Positions 48,227 to 58,193 of a DNA stretch of 64,000 bases are shown one piece after another. Location: positions 25,123 to 89,122 of the forward strand of contig WRIW01000004.1 of the NCBI GenBank assembly GCA_009782505.1, written 5' to 3'. A program made the translations under genes and the position numbers. Position 1 is the stretch's first letter; every line of letters begins with the position of its first letter. Source of the DNA: Clostridiales bacterium (GTDB lineage Bacteria > Bacillota > Peptococcia > DRI-13 > UBA5745). The notes beneath the pieces are model-generated. The model saw nothing but the letters and a program-made list of their open reading frames with translations, did no database searches and was not told where the DNA came from.

Positions 48227-50107
48227 ATGATCGCAGGCGGATATACGGGAAGGATTCTCCGCGCCAATCTGACGACGAAAACCTTTGCCGAAGAAACGCT
48301 GGATGAAAGATTAGCCAGGGAGTACATCGGCGGCGCCGGCTTTGGTATTTACTACCTTTATCATGAAGTACCCGCGAAAGCAGACCCGCTCGGACCGGAA
48401 AATAAACTCATTTTCGCTTCCGGTCCCTTATGCGGGACCGACGCCCCCTGCGCCAGCCGCATGTCCGTGACTGGCAAGTCCCCCCTCACCGGCGCTGTGG
48501 GTATGGCTATGACCGGCGGGCATTTCCCCGCGGAGCTCAAGTTCGCCGGCTACGACGCGATGATCATCGAAGGGGTGGCGGATGAGCCGACTTACCTTCT
48601 TATCAAAAACGGCAAGGTGTTGTTCCGCAACGCCCGGCATCTCTGGGGGATGAGCAGCTTCGACTGCCAACATTTCATCAAGAATGAATTGAAAGACGAA
48701 GGTCTACGCATCGCCTGCATCGGGCCCGCCGGGGAAAACCTCAGCCGCCTGGCCGCCATCATCAACGAACGCCATGCCGCCGGGCGAAAAGGGCTCGGCG
48801 CGGTCATGGGGTCGAAGAATCTGAAAGCCATAGCCGTCCGGGGCGATGACCCGGTACCCATCGCGGATAAGGAAGCCTTCACGAAAGCCAAGACGCGTAT
48901 GCTGAAGGCGATGAAGGAGAGCCCCGTGCTCTACCCTGCTTTCGCCAAGCTGGGGACGCCTATGGTAGTGGAGGCCTCATGGGGCTTGGGCACGCTTCCC
49001 GCGAAAAACTGGACCGCTACCGGGGAGTGGAGCCCCAATGGCAGGATAGATGTGGAGAGCAACGATAAGCACCGGGTGACGAACGAGTACTGCTACCAGT
49101 GCCCGGTTGGCTGCAGCCAGCTTAAGATGGTGCGCGGCGGCAAGCACAAAGGCGCCGTATCCGTACCGGAGTTTGAGTCCATGTACTGCTTTGGCAGTCA
49201 TACCGGCGTGGAGTCGCTGGATCCTATCATCTTGGCCGACCGTATATGCGACGAGTTGGGTATCGACTCCATATCCGCCGGCGTCACCGTCGGCTTCGCC
49301 ATGGAGCTCTTTGAGAGAGGTATCATTACCGCGAAAGATACCGACGGCCTAGAGCTGAAGTTCGGCAATGGGGACGCCATGGTGGAGATGATCAGGAAGA
49401 TGGCGATGAAGGAAGGCTTCGGCGCCCTGTTTGCCGATGGGGTCAGGGCTGCCGCCGAGAGGATAGGAGGAGACGCCGGGCTGTACGCCCAGCACGTGAA
49501 GGGGCTTGAGATGCCGGGCTATGACGTCCGGGGCCTGAAAGCCCACGGCCTTTCCCTGGCCACGGCATATACCGGCGCCGACCACAACCGGGGTTATGCC
49601 TTCCAAGAGGTATTTGGTATCCCGGAGCCGTATCCGGTAGACAGGTTCGCCATCGAAGGAAAAGGCAAGCTCACCAGATGGAACCAGGACGCCCGCTGCG
49701 TGACCTGCGACTGCGCCCCCATGTGCGCTTTCCTGATGGATATGGCGGTTCCGGGCATAGCGCTGGAAAACACCGCGGATCTGGTCAACGGCGTCTCCGG
49801 TCTGGGCCTGACTCCCCGTGAGGTGGAGTTGGCGGGGGAAAGGGTCAACAACCTTGCCAAAGCATTCAACACCAGGGAGGGCTTCACCAGGGCCGACGAC
49901 ATACTGCCGGCCCGGCTGATGACCGAGCCGATCAAAGAAGGGGCCTCGAAAGGGCAGTACATACCGCAAGAAGACCTGGACTCCATGCTGGACGAGTACT
50001 ACGAAGACCGGGGCTGGACGAAGGACGGCAGGCTTACGAAGGGGAAGCTGGAAGAACTCAACCTTCGGGTCGTCGCCGAGGAGCTGGCGCGGGCGGGCCT
50101 GATTTGA
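48227..50107 (+). CDS. Aldehyde:ferredoxin oxidoreductase, copy 3
   Basis: KSPLTGA, GRKGLGAVMGSKNLKA, CYQCPVGC, GIDSIS, YDVR, GADH. Confidence 0.94.
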   Translation: MIAGGYTGRILRANLTTKTFAEETLDERLAREYIGGAGFGIYYLYHEVPAKADPLGPENKLIFASGPLCGTDAPCASRMSVTGKSPLTGAVGMAMTGGHFPAELKFAGYDAMIIEGVADEPTYLLIKNGKVLFRNARHLWGMSSFDCQHFIKNELKDEGLRIACIGPAGENLSRLAAIINERHAAGRKGLGAVMGSKNLKAIAVRGDDPVPIADKEAFTKAKTRMLKAMKESPVLYPAFAKLGTPMVVEASWGLGTLPAKNWTATGEWSPNGRIDVESNDKHRVTNEYCYQCPVGCSQLKMVRGGKHKGAVSVPEFESMYCFGSHTGVESLDPIILADRICDELGIDSISAGVTVGFAMELFERGIITAKDTDGLELKFGNGDAMVEMIRKMAMKEGFGALFADGVRAAAERIGGDAGLYAQHVKGLEMPGYDVRGLKAHGLSLATAYTGADHNRGYAFQEVFGIPEPYPVDRFAIEGKGKLTRWNQDARCVTCDCAPMCAFLMDMAVPGIALENTADLVNGVSGLGLTPREVELAGERVNNLAKAFNTREGFTRADDILPARLMTEPIKEGASKGQYIPQEDLDSMLDEYYEDRGWTKDGRLTKGKLEELNLRVVAEELARAGLI

Positions 50108-50394
50108 GGCTCCATGTCCGGTCGGTGCTGGACGTCGCTCATGTATTGGGCGGTAAGGAGCATATCCTGGATATGGACGAGGGCGCGGCGGTAGGCGGGT
50201 TGATCAGCCTGCTCCTGGCGCGGTATGGCGATCCTTTAGAAGCGCTCCTGCTCCAAAGCCGCGACCCTATGGAGCTTCTGCCTCATGTGAAGGTCTACGT
50301 AAACGGCAGAGGCGTAGATTTTATAGACGGCTTGTATACCGCCTTGCGAGACGGCGACGACGTCTTGCTCATGCCGCAGATCGGCGGAGGCTAA
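50104..50394 (+). CDS. MoaD/ThiS sulfur carrier
   Basis: VYVNGR...LRDGD...IGGG; overlaps the AOR3 stop. Confidence 0.88.
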   Translation: MRLHVRSVLDVAHVLGGKEHILDMDEGAAVGGLISLLLARYGDPLEALLLQSRDPMELLPHVKVYVNGRGVDFIDGLYTALRDGDDVLLMPQIGGG

Positions 50395-50471
50395 GAAGAC
50401 GGCGCGAAGGCTGCCATAGTATTCCATACGCCGGAGGCGTATATTATAATTATTCGAAGGAGGCTTATTCA

Positions 50472-50864
50472 ATGCAAGAAGTATGCGATTTCCTGAAAAA
50501 ATGCGGCACTTATTATCTCGCCACGGTAGAAGGCGACCAGGCCAGGGTCCGTCCTTTCGGTACGGCGCACATCTTCGACGGCAAGCTTTACATCCAGACA
50601 GGTAAGGCGAAAGATGTGTCAAAGCAGATGGCGGCGAAACCCAAGATCGAGATCTGCGCCTGCGACGGGCCCAATTGGCTCCGCGTGGCGGCGACGGCGG
50701 TAAACGACGACCGGATCGAAGCGAAGCAAAGCATGCTGGATGCGTATCCCCAGCTGGCGGCTATGTACAAAGCCGACGACGCCAACACCCAGGTGCTGTA
50801 TCTGAAAGACGCTACGGCGACTTTTTCATCTTTCGGCGGAGACCCGAAAGTCGTTAAGTTCTAG
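50472..50864 (+). CDS. Pyridoxamine 5'-phosphate oxidase-like (NimC/NimA-like) protein
   Basis: YYLATVEGDQARVRPFG...KDVSKQ...WLRV. Confidence 0.88.
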   Translation: MQEVCDFLKKCGTYYLATVEGDQARVRPFGTAHIFDGKLYIQTGKAKDVSKQMAAKPKIEICACDGPNWLRVAATAVNDDRIEAKQSMLDAYPQLAAMYKADDANTQVLYLKDATATFSSFGGDPKVVKF

Positions 50865-50872
50865 GGGGTATC

Positions 50873-51907
50873 ATGACGATAACCGAAAAAGAAAACCTGA
50901 TGCGGGTGATGCGGGGGCTGGAGCCTGCCTGGGTGCCGCGCAAAGGCGGCGGGCCTTTCGGCGACATTGATCCCGAGGAGCACGCTCCGGCCAGCATGCA
51001 GGCCATGCCTGAGATATTCCCTCGTCAGCTTAACGCCGCCGGCAGACGTGTGGATATATTTGGCGTAGAATACGAACCCACCGACAGTACCGGCGGGATG
51101 GAGCTCCCGTTGCCCAACCGTTTTATCCTGGATGATATCACAAAATGGCGGGACGTCATCAAGGTTCCCAGCCTGGAGGGCAAAGACTGGGAAGCCATCG
51201 GCCGCAAAGCCGTCGCCCACATCGACCGGCATGAGACCGCCGTATCCATGGGCACCCATGTGGGTTATTTCCAGACGCTTATGAACTTTATGGGGTTCAA
51301 CGAAGGTCTCTGCGCCATGCAGGAAGAGCCCGAAGAAGTACTGGCCCTCTACGACTATCTGGGCACGTATTATGAAACCATCGCGTTGAACCTCATCGAC
51401 TACATCAAGCCGGATACCTTCGGCATCACGGACGACACCGCTGCCGCCCGCAACCCTTTCATCTCCCGGGAGATGTATCAGCGCCTGGTCATGCCTTACC
51501 ATGCCCGTCTCGCGAAAATCGCCACTGACCGGGACGTCGTCGTGGAGATGCACAACTGTGGCCGCTGCGAAGACAACATCGAAGACTGGCGGGGATTCGG
51601 CGTCACGGCGTGGAACCCGGCGCAGACGACGAATGATCTGGCGGGGATCAAGAAGAAATACGGCAACTCGCTGGTTATGTCCGGTTGCTGGGATTCCCAG
51701 GGGCCTCCCGGATGGCCCGGTACCCCGGAAGAGGTCGTCCGCCAGGCTGTGCGGGACTGCATCGACGAGTTCGCCCCAGGCGGCGGATTCTGCTTCTGGC
51801 CTTATGTCATCGGCTCTCTTGACGACGAGCAAGCCAGAAATCATCAGCTCTGGCTGGTGGATGAGTACAACAAATACGGCAGGACGTTCTATCAGAAACA
51901 AGGTTGA
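50873..51907 (+). CDS. UroD-family corrinoid methyltransferase MT1, paralog 2
   Basis: Highly similar to 44018-45055; MHNCG. Confidence 0.85.
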   Translation: MTITEKENLMRVMRGLEPAWVPRKGGGPFGDIDPEEHAPASMQAMPEIFPRQLNAAGRRVDIFGVEYEPTDSTGGMELPLPNRFILDDITKWRDVIKVPSLEGKDWEAIGRKAVAHIDRHETAVSMGTHVGYFQTLMNFMGFNEGLCAMQEEPEEVLALYDYLGTYYETIALNLIDYIKPDTFGITDDTAAARNPFISREMYQRLVMPYHARLAKIATDRDVVVEMHNCGRCEDNIEDWRGFGVTAWNPAQTTNDLAGIKKKYGNSLVMSGCWDSQGPPGWPGTPEEVVRQAVRDCIDEFAPGGGFCFWPYVIGSLDDEQARNHQLWLVDEYNKYGRTFYQKQG

Positions 51908-51977
51908 TCGGCTTCATCCGATGCGTTATGTAAACGAATGGCGTTATCGCTGTTTGATAAAGGAGGAGAATTAATTT

Positions 51978-53021
51978 ATGGCAAAGATGACAGAAAAAGA
52001 AAACCTGATGCGCGTCATCAACGGGCAGGAGCCGGGTTGGGTACCCCGGAAAGGCATAGTGCCTTATGCCGACGAGGTCGACCATGAGCACCACACACCC
52101 TGCTGCCTAAACGCGATGGCGGAAGTCCATCCGCCCAGGCGGACTGCCGCCGGAGGCCGTATCGATATCTACGGCGTGGAGTACGAAGCCACAGACAGTA
52201 CCGATGGTCTGTCGCTGCCCGTCCCCAACCGGTTCATCCTGGATGACATCACCAAGTGGCGGGACGTCATCAAGACGCCAAGCCTTGAAGGCGTCGACTG
52301 GGAAGGGATAGCCAAGAAAGCCGTCGAAAAGATCAACCGGGAAGAAAGCGCGCTCCAGTTCGGTCTCAGCGGCGGATATTTCCAGACCTTGACGAACTTC
52401 ATGGGCTTTACCGAGGGTCTCATCGCCCTACAGGAGGAGCCCGAAGAATGTATGGCGTTATTTGAATATCTTACCGAGTACAACGAAAAAGTCGCGTTAA
52501 ACCTCATCGACCTGATCAAACCGGATATATGCGGCATGGGGGACGACAACGCCACTGCCCGCAGCCCCTTTATCTCCCTTGAAATGTACCGGCGGATGAT
52601 GAAGCCTTTCCAGGCGCGTATGGGGAAGATCGCGAAAGACCGGGGCATCCCTATCGACATGCACGACTGCGGCCGCTGCGAAGACTTCATCGACGACTGG
52701 ATCGACTTCGGCGTGAGGATATGGAACCCGGCGCAGATATCCAACGACCTGGTCGGCGTCAAGAAGAAATACGGCAACAAAATGATCCTTACCGGCTGCT
52801 GGGATTCCCAGGGCGCCCCCGGATGGCCGGGTACGCCGGAAGAAGTAGTCCGCCAGGCTGTGCGGGACTGTATCGACACTTACGCCCCGGGCGGCGGGTT
52901 CTGCTTCTGGGCCTCATTCTATGGCGCGAAGGACGATTTGGAAAGAGCGAAGAAGCATGCTTTCTGGATCACCGACGAGTACAACAAGTACGGCAGGACT
53001 TTCTACCAGAGGCAGGGCTGA
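51978..53021 (+). CDS. UroD-family corrinoid methyltransferase MT1, paralog 3
   Basis: Highly similar to paralogs 1 and 2; MHDCG. Confidence 0.85.
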   Translation: MAKMTEKENLMRVINGQEPGWVPRKGIVPYADEVDHEHHTPCCLNAMAEVHPPRRTAAGGRIDIYGVEYEATDSTDGLSLPVPNRFILDDITKWRDVIKTPSLEGVDWEGIAKKAVEKINREESALQFGLSGGYFQTLTNFMGFTEGLIALQEEPEECMALFEYLTEYNEKVALNLIDLIKPDICGMGDDNATARSPFISLEMYRRMMKPFQARMGKIAKDRGIPIDMHDCGRCEDFIDDWIDFGVRIWNPAQISNDLVGVKKKYGNKMILTGCWDSQGAPGWPGTPEEVVRQAVRDCIDTYAPGGGFCFWASFYGAKDDLERAKKHAFWITDEYNKYGRTFYQRQG

Positions 53022-53221
53022 TACGAGGCGGGCTGCGCTAAAGCCTTTCGCTGCGCACTGAGCTAAACCGTCGGCGTTGGGCCGACAGCATAATGCGCTG
53101 ACTGCAAAACGAAGACCGTCCGGCTCGCTTCGATGAAGAGGGCCGGGCGGTCAAGTGCATTGTGCTGGACGCTACACCAGTAATGCCTGATACTCTGTAA
53201 AATAATCCATGGGATTGAAAG

Positions 53222-54376
53222 GTGATTGGCATGGAAACACGAACATATCGCGGTAAGGATATTTCATTGCTTGGCTTCGGTCTCATGCGCTTGCCAAGGC
53301 TTCCGGGTAAAACCTTTGACATCGACGAGGAAGAGGCGTCCAGGATGGTGGATCGCGCCATCGCAAAGGGCGTCAACTACTTCGATACCGCTTATACCTA
53401 TGGTGGGAGCGAGACCTTCGCCGGTCTGGCTCTTGCGAAGCATCCCCGTGAAAGCTATAATCTGGCCACAAAATGCCCGCCGTGGATGGTAAAAGACGCC
53501 GGAGACTTTGAGCGGATATTCCGGGAGCAGACCGAACGATGCAAGACGGACTACTTTGATTTCTATCTCGTCCACAATCTGGCGAAAGAAGCTACCCGGG
53601 CCGCGGGGAATGAGGAATACTTCGTCAACTTCGGGAAGATCGGTATGTATGACATGCTGAGGCGGAAGAAGGAGGAGGGCAAGATCCGCCATATCGGTTT
53701 TTCGTTTCACGGGACTTTGTCTCTGCTGGAGCGGCTTATCGATCGCTACGAATGGGATTTCGCCCAGATCCAGCTGAACTATATCGACTGGCAGGCATAC
53801 GACGCCGGCCGCCAGTACGAACTGCTGACAGAACACAGTATACCAGTAGTACTGATGGAGCCCTTACGCGGCGGCGCCCTGGCTACCTTGAATGAGGAAT
53901 CCGCCGGATTACTCAAGAGGGCTCAGCCGGAGGCCAGCCTGGCCAGCTGGGGCATCCGTTATGCCGCTTCCCTGCCCAATGTGATCACTGTCCTCAGCGG
54001 GATGAGCACCATGGGGCAGCTGGAGGACAACGTCGCCACTATGGATAGCTTCAAACCGGTGTCCGACGCGGAAAAGGCGCTGCTTGAGCAGGCGGCCGAG
54101 ATCTATAGCCGCTCCGGCTTCGTCCCCTGTACCGGCTGCCGTTACTGCTTGCCTTGTCCGGAAGGCGTGGATATCCCGAGGATTTTTTCGATCTACAATC
54201 ACTACCGTATGGTGAGGTACCGCATTCCTTTCGACAACGGCTACAGTACGCTGGAGGAGAAGGAGAAAGCGTCAAACTGCGCGCGATGCGGGGCGTGCTC
54301 TGATAGATGCCCTCAGCATATCGACATACCCGGATATATGCGGGAAATCGACGAATTCGCTCAGGGCAAGGAATAA
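53222..54376 (+). CDS. Aldo/keto reductase with C-terminal 2x[4Fe-4S] domain
   Basis: LGFGLMRLP, YFDTAY, IGFSFH, MEPLRGG, CTGCRYCLPCP, CARCGACSDRCP. Confidence 0.92.
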   Translation: MIGMETRTYRGKDISLLGFGLMRLPRLPGKTFDIDEEEASRMVDRAIAKGVNYFDTAYTYGGSETFAGLALAKHPRESYNLATKCPPWMVKDAGDFERIFREQTERCKTDYFDFYLVHNLAKEATRAAGNEEYFVNFGKIGMYDMLRRKKEEGKIRHIGFSFHGTLSLLERLIDRYEWDFAQIQLNYIDWQAYDAGRQYELLTEHSIPVVLMEPLRGGALATLNEESAGLLKRAQPEASLASWGIRYAASLPNVITVLSGMSTMGQLEDNVATMDSFKPVSDAEKALLEQAAEIYSRSGFVPCTGCRYCLPCPEGVDIPRIFSIYNHYRMVRYRIPFDNGYSTLEEKEKASNCARCGACSDRCPQHIDIPGYMREIDEFAQGKE

Positions 54377-54379
54377 CGC

Positions 54380-55417
54380 TTATCCGTTCATCCGCAGCAT
54401 GACCTTGAGCTTTTTCCCGTCCTTGTTGTCTTCCAAAGCGCGGAAGGCTTCGGCGCCGTCCTTCAGCGCATAACGATCCGTGATCAATGCGGACACGTCT
54501 ATCTCGCCTTTCGCCATCATCTTAAGGCACGCCTCGAACTCTTCCAGCTTGTAGATATGGCTGCCGCGGATCGTAAGCTCCGTCACGACCACCTTCTGCA
54601 TGTCGATTTCGATGATTTTCTGGGCGTTGCCTACCCATACGGCTATGCCGCCGGGCCGGAGGGCGTCCAGGGAGGACTGGGCTGTGGCGGTAAAGCCCAC
54701 GGCTTCGATGGCCAGGGAGCACATCTTGCCTCCCGTGATTTTTTTTATCGCGGCGGTGAAATCTTCCTTCAGCGGATTGATCACAGCGTCCGCGCCCAGC
54801 TTTTTTGCCAGATCCAGCCGAAAATCGAAGGTATCGCTGACGATGATGTTTTTCGCCTTCCTGCGCTTGAGCATGAGTAGCACCATGAGGCCGATGGTAC
54901 CGCCGCCGATGACCGCGGTGTAGCCGGCGTTCCGCAGCTCTTCGTCTGTGATCTTGGAAACCGCGTCCAGGGCTACAGCCAGAGGCTCTACCATCGCCGC
55001 CGTCTCATGGGAAAGGGAGGGACCGAAGGGCAGGATGTATTTCTCCGGGGCTGTGACATACTCAGCCATGCACCCGTCAAAGGTAAGGATGCCGAGAAAT
55101 GTCCCGTCGGCGCAGTTGTTCGTCAGCCCTTCACGGCACTGGTCGCACTTACCGCAGTAGTAGTTTGGAAATACCGCCACATTCGTCCCTGCCGCGTATC
55201 TCCCACCAGCCGGCGCTTTGACGACGGTACCCGCGGCTTCGTGGCCCATGACCATAGGGGCGATGCGCCGGTTCGTCTTACCCAGATAGCCCTCGTAATC
55301 CGACCCGCAGATACCGCAGGCTTCGATTTTGATCAGGTATTCATTTTCCCCCGGTATGGGCTCCGGTATTTCCCTTAATTCCAAGGTTTTATCGCCCAGA
55401 TAGTATAGAGCTTTCAT
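54380..55417 (-). CDS. Zn-dependent (MDR) polyol/sugar-acid dehydrogenase
   Basis: CGICGSD, GHE, C..C..C......C, GGGTIG. Confidence 0.9.
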   Translation of the reverse strand: MKALYYLGDKTLELREIPEPIPGENEYLIKIEACGICGSDYEGYLGKTNRRIAPMVMGHEAAGTVVKAPAGGRYAAGTNVAVFPNYYCGKCDQCREGLTNNCADGTFLGILTFDGCMAEYVTAPEKYILPFGPSLSHETAAMVEPLAVALDAVSKITDEELRNAGYTAVIGGGTIGLMVLLMLKRRKAKNIIVSDTFDFRLDLAKKLGADAVINPLKEDFTAAIKKITGGKMCSLAIEAVGFTATAQSSLDALRPGGIAVWVGNAQKIIEIDMQKVVVTELTIRGSHIYKLEEFEACLKMMAKGEIDVSALITDRYALKDGAEAFRALEDNKDGKKLKVMLRMNG

Positions 55418-55438
55418 CGTAAATCCTCCATCCGTTCA

Positions 55439-56320
55439 TTATAGTTTCAGCGTTTGCCGCAATTCGTCCCGCATACGCAGCGCTTCGGCGCGGGCGGCTT
55501 CCTGCCAGGGAAGGCCGCTCTTCTGCCATGCGCAGCTGATGGCCCGGGATGAATTGACGATGGCGCGGGCGCCGCCGGGGCCAAAGCCGGGCGCCACATC
55601 ATCCGCGCCGCCGCCCTGGGCGCCGTAGCCCGGGATCAGGAAAAAGGTCTGCGGCAGCGCGCGGCGAAGCTCCTCCAGCTGCTCAGGGTAAGTGGCGCCT
55701 ACGACGAGCCCCACATACTCCGGCCCCCATGCCGCGGCTAACTCCGCTACGCGCCGGTAGAGGGGAGCGCCTTCTACATCACGGTCCTGAAGCTCCCCCG
55801 CCGAGGCGTTTGACGTCTTAGCCAGTACGAAGACAGCGCGGCTATACTTCCTGCAGCGTTCGACGAAGGGCAGTACGCCCTCCGAGCCCAGATACGGGTT
55901 GACGGTCATGCAGTCGGCTGGGAAAGGGCGGTGGGCCGAACCGCCCACGATGGTCTCCCCAAGAAAGGCGTCGGCGTAGGCCTTCGCTGTAGAGCCGATA
56001 TCCCCCCGCTTGGCGTCGGCGATGACGTATAAGCCTTTTGATGCCGCGTAGACCATCGTCTCGCGCAGGGCTGCCAGCCCCGGCAATCCGAAGGCTTCAT
56101 AGCAGGCAAGCTGCGGCTTGACTGCCGGCACCACGTCGGCAAGGGCGTCGATGAGCCCTTTATTAAACGCCAGGATCGCCCCGGCGGCGGACTCCAGGGA
56201 GCCGTCCCGCCCCACCTGCCCCCGCAGGTCCGGTGGCAGGTGATCTAAGCGCGGGTCAAGCCCCGCTACAGTTGGGTTCTTCTTTTGGGCGATCAATCCG
56301 CCCAGGCGTTTGAAAGACAT
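55439..56320 (-). CDS. pyrF: Orotidine-5'-phosphate decarboxylase
   Basis: GLDP, KPQ, DAKRGDIGST, VGAT, PGYGAQG, NSSR. Confidence 0.96.
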   Translation of the reverse strand: MSFKRLGGLIAQKKNPTVAGLDPRLDHLPPDLRGQVGRDGSLESAAGAILAFNKGLIDALADVVPAVKPQLACYEAFGLPGLAALRETMVYAASKGLYVIADAKRGDIGSTAKAYADAFLGETIVGGSAHRPFPADCMTVNPYLGSEGVLPFVERCRKYSRAVFVLAKTSNASAGELQDRDVEGAPLYRRVAELAAAWGPEYVGLVVGATYPEQLEELRRALPQTFFLIPGYGAQGGGADDVAPGFGPGGARAIVNSSRAISCAWQKSGLPWQEAARAEALRMRDELRQTLKL

Positions 56321-56484
56321 GAGTCAGCCTCCTTATGTTCGGCTGCCATAAGTTTATCATATACAAGTGGAAATTGGGGAAAAAGTTGTGTATACTGAAA
56401 AGCATAGCGATTAAGTGGTTGCTGATTAGTGATAACCTCTTTGCCGGGGCTCCCTGAACAGCAGCGTTTATTCAGGAGCGAAAT

Positions 56485-57285
56485 ATGCGCATCGGATGCT
56501 GTACCAATATGCACGCCGCCGACGGCGGGACGGGCGCCAAACACATCGGGCTGCTGGCGGAGCTCGGATATGATTATGTAGAGCTGCCCCTGGCGGAGCT
56601 TATGGCGCTGGATGATACGGATCTATCGCGGGTCCGGGAGACGCTGGTCGGCGCCGGTATTCCCTGCGAAGCTTGCAATAACTTCTTCCCCCGCCACATG
56701 CGGCTCACAGGGCCGGAAGTAGACTACGGCGTCATCTTCGCCTATGTGAAGCAGGCTGTGGCTAAGGCAAGCCGGCTGGGGGCGAAAATCATCGTTTTCG
56801 GGAGCGGCCCGGCGAAAATGTCCCCTCCCGGCTTTAACCTATCCGAGGCCCGGGATCAGCTCGTTTACCTCCTTTCGGAGATATCCCCTATCTTTTGTGA
56901 AGCCGGCGTCACCCTGGCCATCGAGCCTCTGCGACGGGAGGAGTGCAACCTGATCAACACATTCAGTGAGGGCTGCGCCCTGGCGGACGCGGTGGGCGCG
57001 GAGAATGTGAGAGTGTTGGTGGATTACTACCATCACAGCTGGGAGCGCGAGGATATCAGGCATCTGGCTATCATGGGGAGGGGCAGGCTGGCCCATGTGC
57101 ATTTCGCCCGCGCCGGGGAGCGGACATTTCCGGCGGATTTGAGTGAAGACAGCGCTTACCCGGCTTTCATCAAAGCCTTGGAGCTGGCGGGTTATGACGC
57201 CAGAGTCAGCATAGAAGCATACTCGAAGTCCCTGGCGGAGGACGCCGCGGCGGGCTTAAGATTTATGCGGGCTAATTTTCGGTAA
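56485..57285 (+). CDS. Sugar phosphate isomerase/epimerase (xylose-isomerase-like TIM barrel)
   Basis: GYDYVEL, VFGSG, IEPL, DYYH, HVH, SIE metal motifs. Confidence 0.88.
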   Translation: MRIGCCTNMHAADGGTGAKHIGLLAELGYDYVELPLAELMALDDTDLSRVRETLVGAGIPCEACNNFFPRHMRLTGPEVDYGVIFAYVKQAVAKASRLGAKIIVFGSGPAKMSPPGFNLSEARDQLVYLLSEISPIFCEAGVTLAIEPLRREECNLINTFSEGCALADAVGAENVRVLVDYYHHSWEREDIRHLAIMGRGRLAHVHFARAGERTFPADLSEDSAYPAFIKALELAGYDARVSIEAYSKSLAEDAAAGLRFMRANFR

Positions 57286-57301
57286 AGGAAGTGATTCGTC
57301 A

Positions 57302-58192
57302 ATGAAAATCGGATTTATCGGCCTGGGCGTCATGGGAAAACCCATGTGCAGAAACCTGATCAAGGCAGGATATAGCTTGATCGTATACAACCGATCCCAA
57401 GCCGCTGTGGAAGAACTGGCCGCGGAAGGCGCTGAAAAAGCGCATAGCGCGGCGGATTTGGCTTCACACTGCGACGTGGTGATCACTATGCTCCCTGACT
57501 CGCCGGACGTGAAAGCAGTCATATTGGGCGGGGCGGGCGTGTTGGAAGGAGCTAAACCCGGAACGCTCATCATCGACATGAGTTCCATCGCCCCCGCCGC
57601 TTCCCGGGAGGTCGCCATCGCCTGCAAAGCGAAAGGCGTCCGAATGCTGGACGCGCCTGTCTCCGGCGGGGAGCCGAAAGCCATAGACGGCACACTGACC
57701 ATCATGGTCGGCGGGGACAAGGCGGATTTCGACGCGGCGAAAGAGGCCATCCTACTCAAGATGGGCGGCAGCGCCGTATACTGCGGGGAGATCGGCGCGG
57801 GCAACACCACGAAGCTGGCGAATCAGATCATCGTCGCCGCGAACATCGCCGCCTGCGCCGAAGCCTTCACCCTGGCGAAGAAGGCAGGCGTGGCGCCGGA
57901 GACTGTGCTGGACGCCATCAAAGGCGGCCTTGCCGGTTCCGCCGTCATGGAAGCGAAGGTCCCCATGATGATCGCCGGGAGCTATGACCCGGGCTTCCGG
58001 ATCAATCTCCACATCAAGGATTTGGCAAACGCCGTGGACACCGCTCACGCCTTCGGCGCCCCGCTGCAGGTCGCCCCCCTTGTGATGGAGATGCTGCAGT
58101 GGCTCAACGCCAATAGCTGCGGGGCTTTGGACCATAGCGCGATTTATAGATTTTACGAGTTTCTCGCCGGCGGCGTACTGGGGGAGGCGTAG
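57302..58192 (+). CDS. garR: 2-hydroxy-3-oxopropionate (tartronate semialdehyde) reductase
   Basis: IGFIGLGVMGKPM, MLPDSP, DAPVSGGEPKAIDG, KLANQ, FRINLHIKDL. Confidence 0.85.
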   Translation: MKIGFIGLGVMGKPMCRNLIKAGYSLIVYNRSQAAVEELAAEGAEKAHSAADLASHCDVVITMLPDSPDVKAVILGGAGVLEGAKPGTLIIDMSSIAPAASREVAIACKAKGVRMLDAPVSGGEPKAIDGTLTIMVGGDKADFDAAKEAILLKMGGSAVYCGEIGAGNTTKLANQIIVAANIAACAEAFTLAKKAGVAPETVLDAIKGGLAGSAVMEAKVPMMIAGSYDPGFRINLHIKDLANAVDTAHAFGAPLQVAPLVMEMLQWLNANSCGALDHSAIYRFYEFLAGGVLGEA

Positions 58193-58193
58193 G

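Noticed and set aside
44018-53021. Diversity-generating retroelement behind the MT1 repeats
   Set aside because: No reverse transcriptase; all copies are full ORFs and the differences are not adenine-specific.
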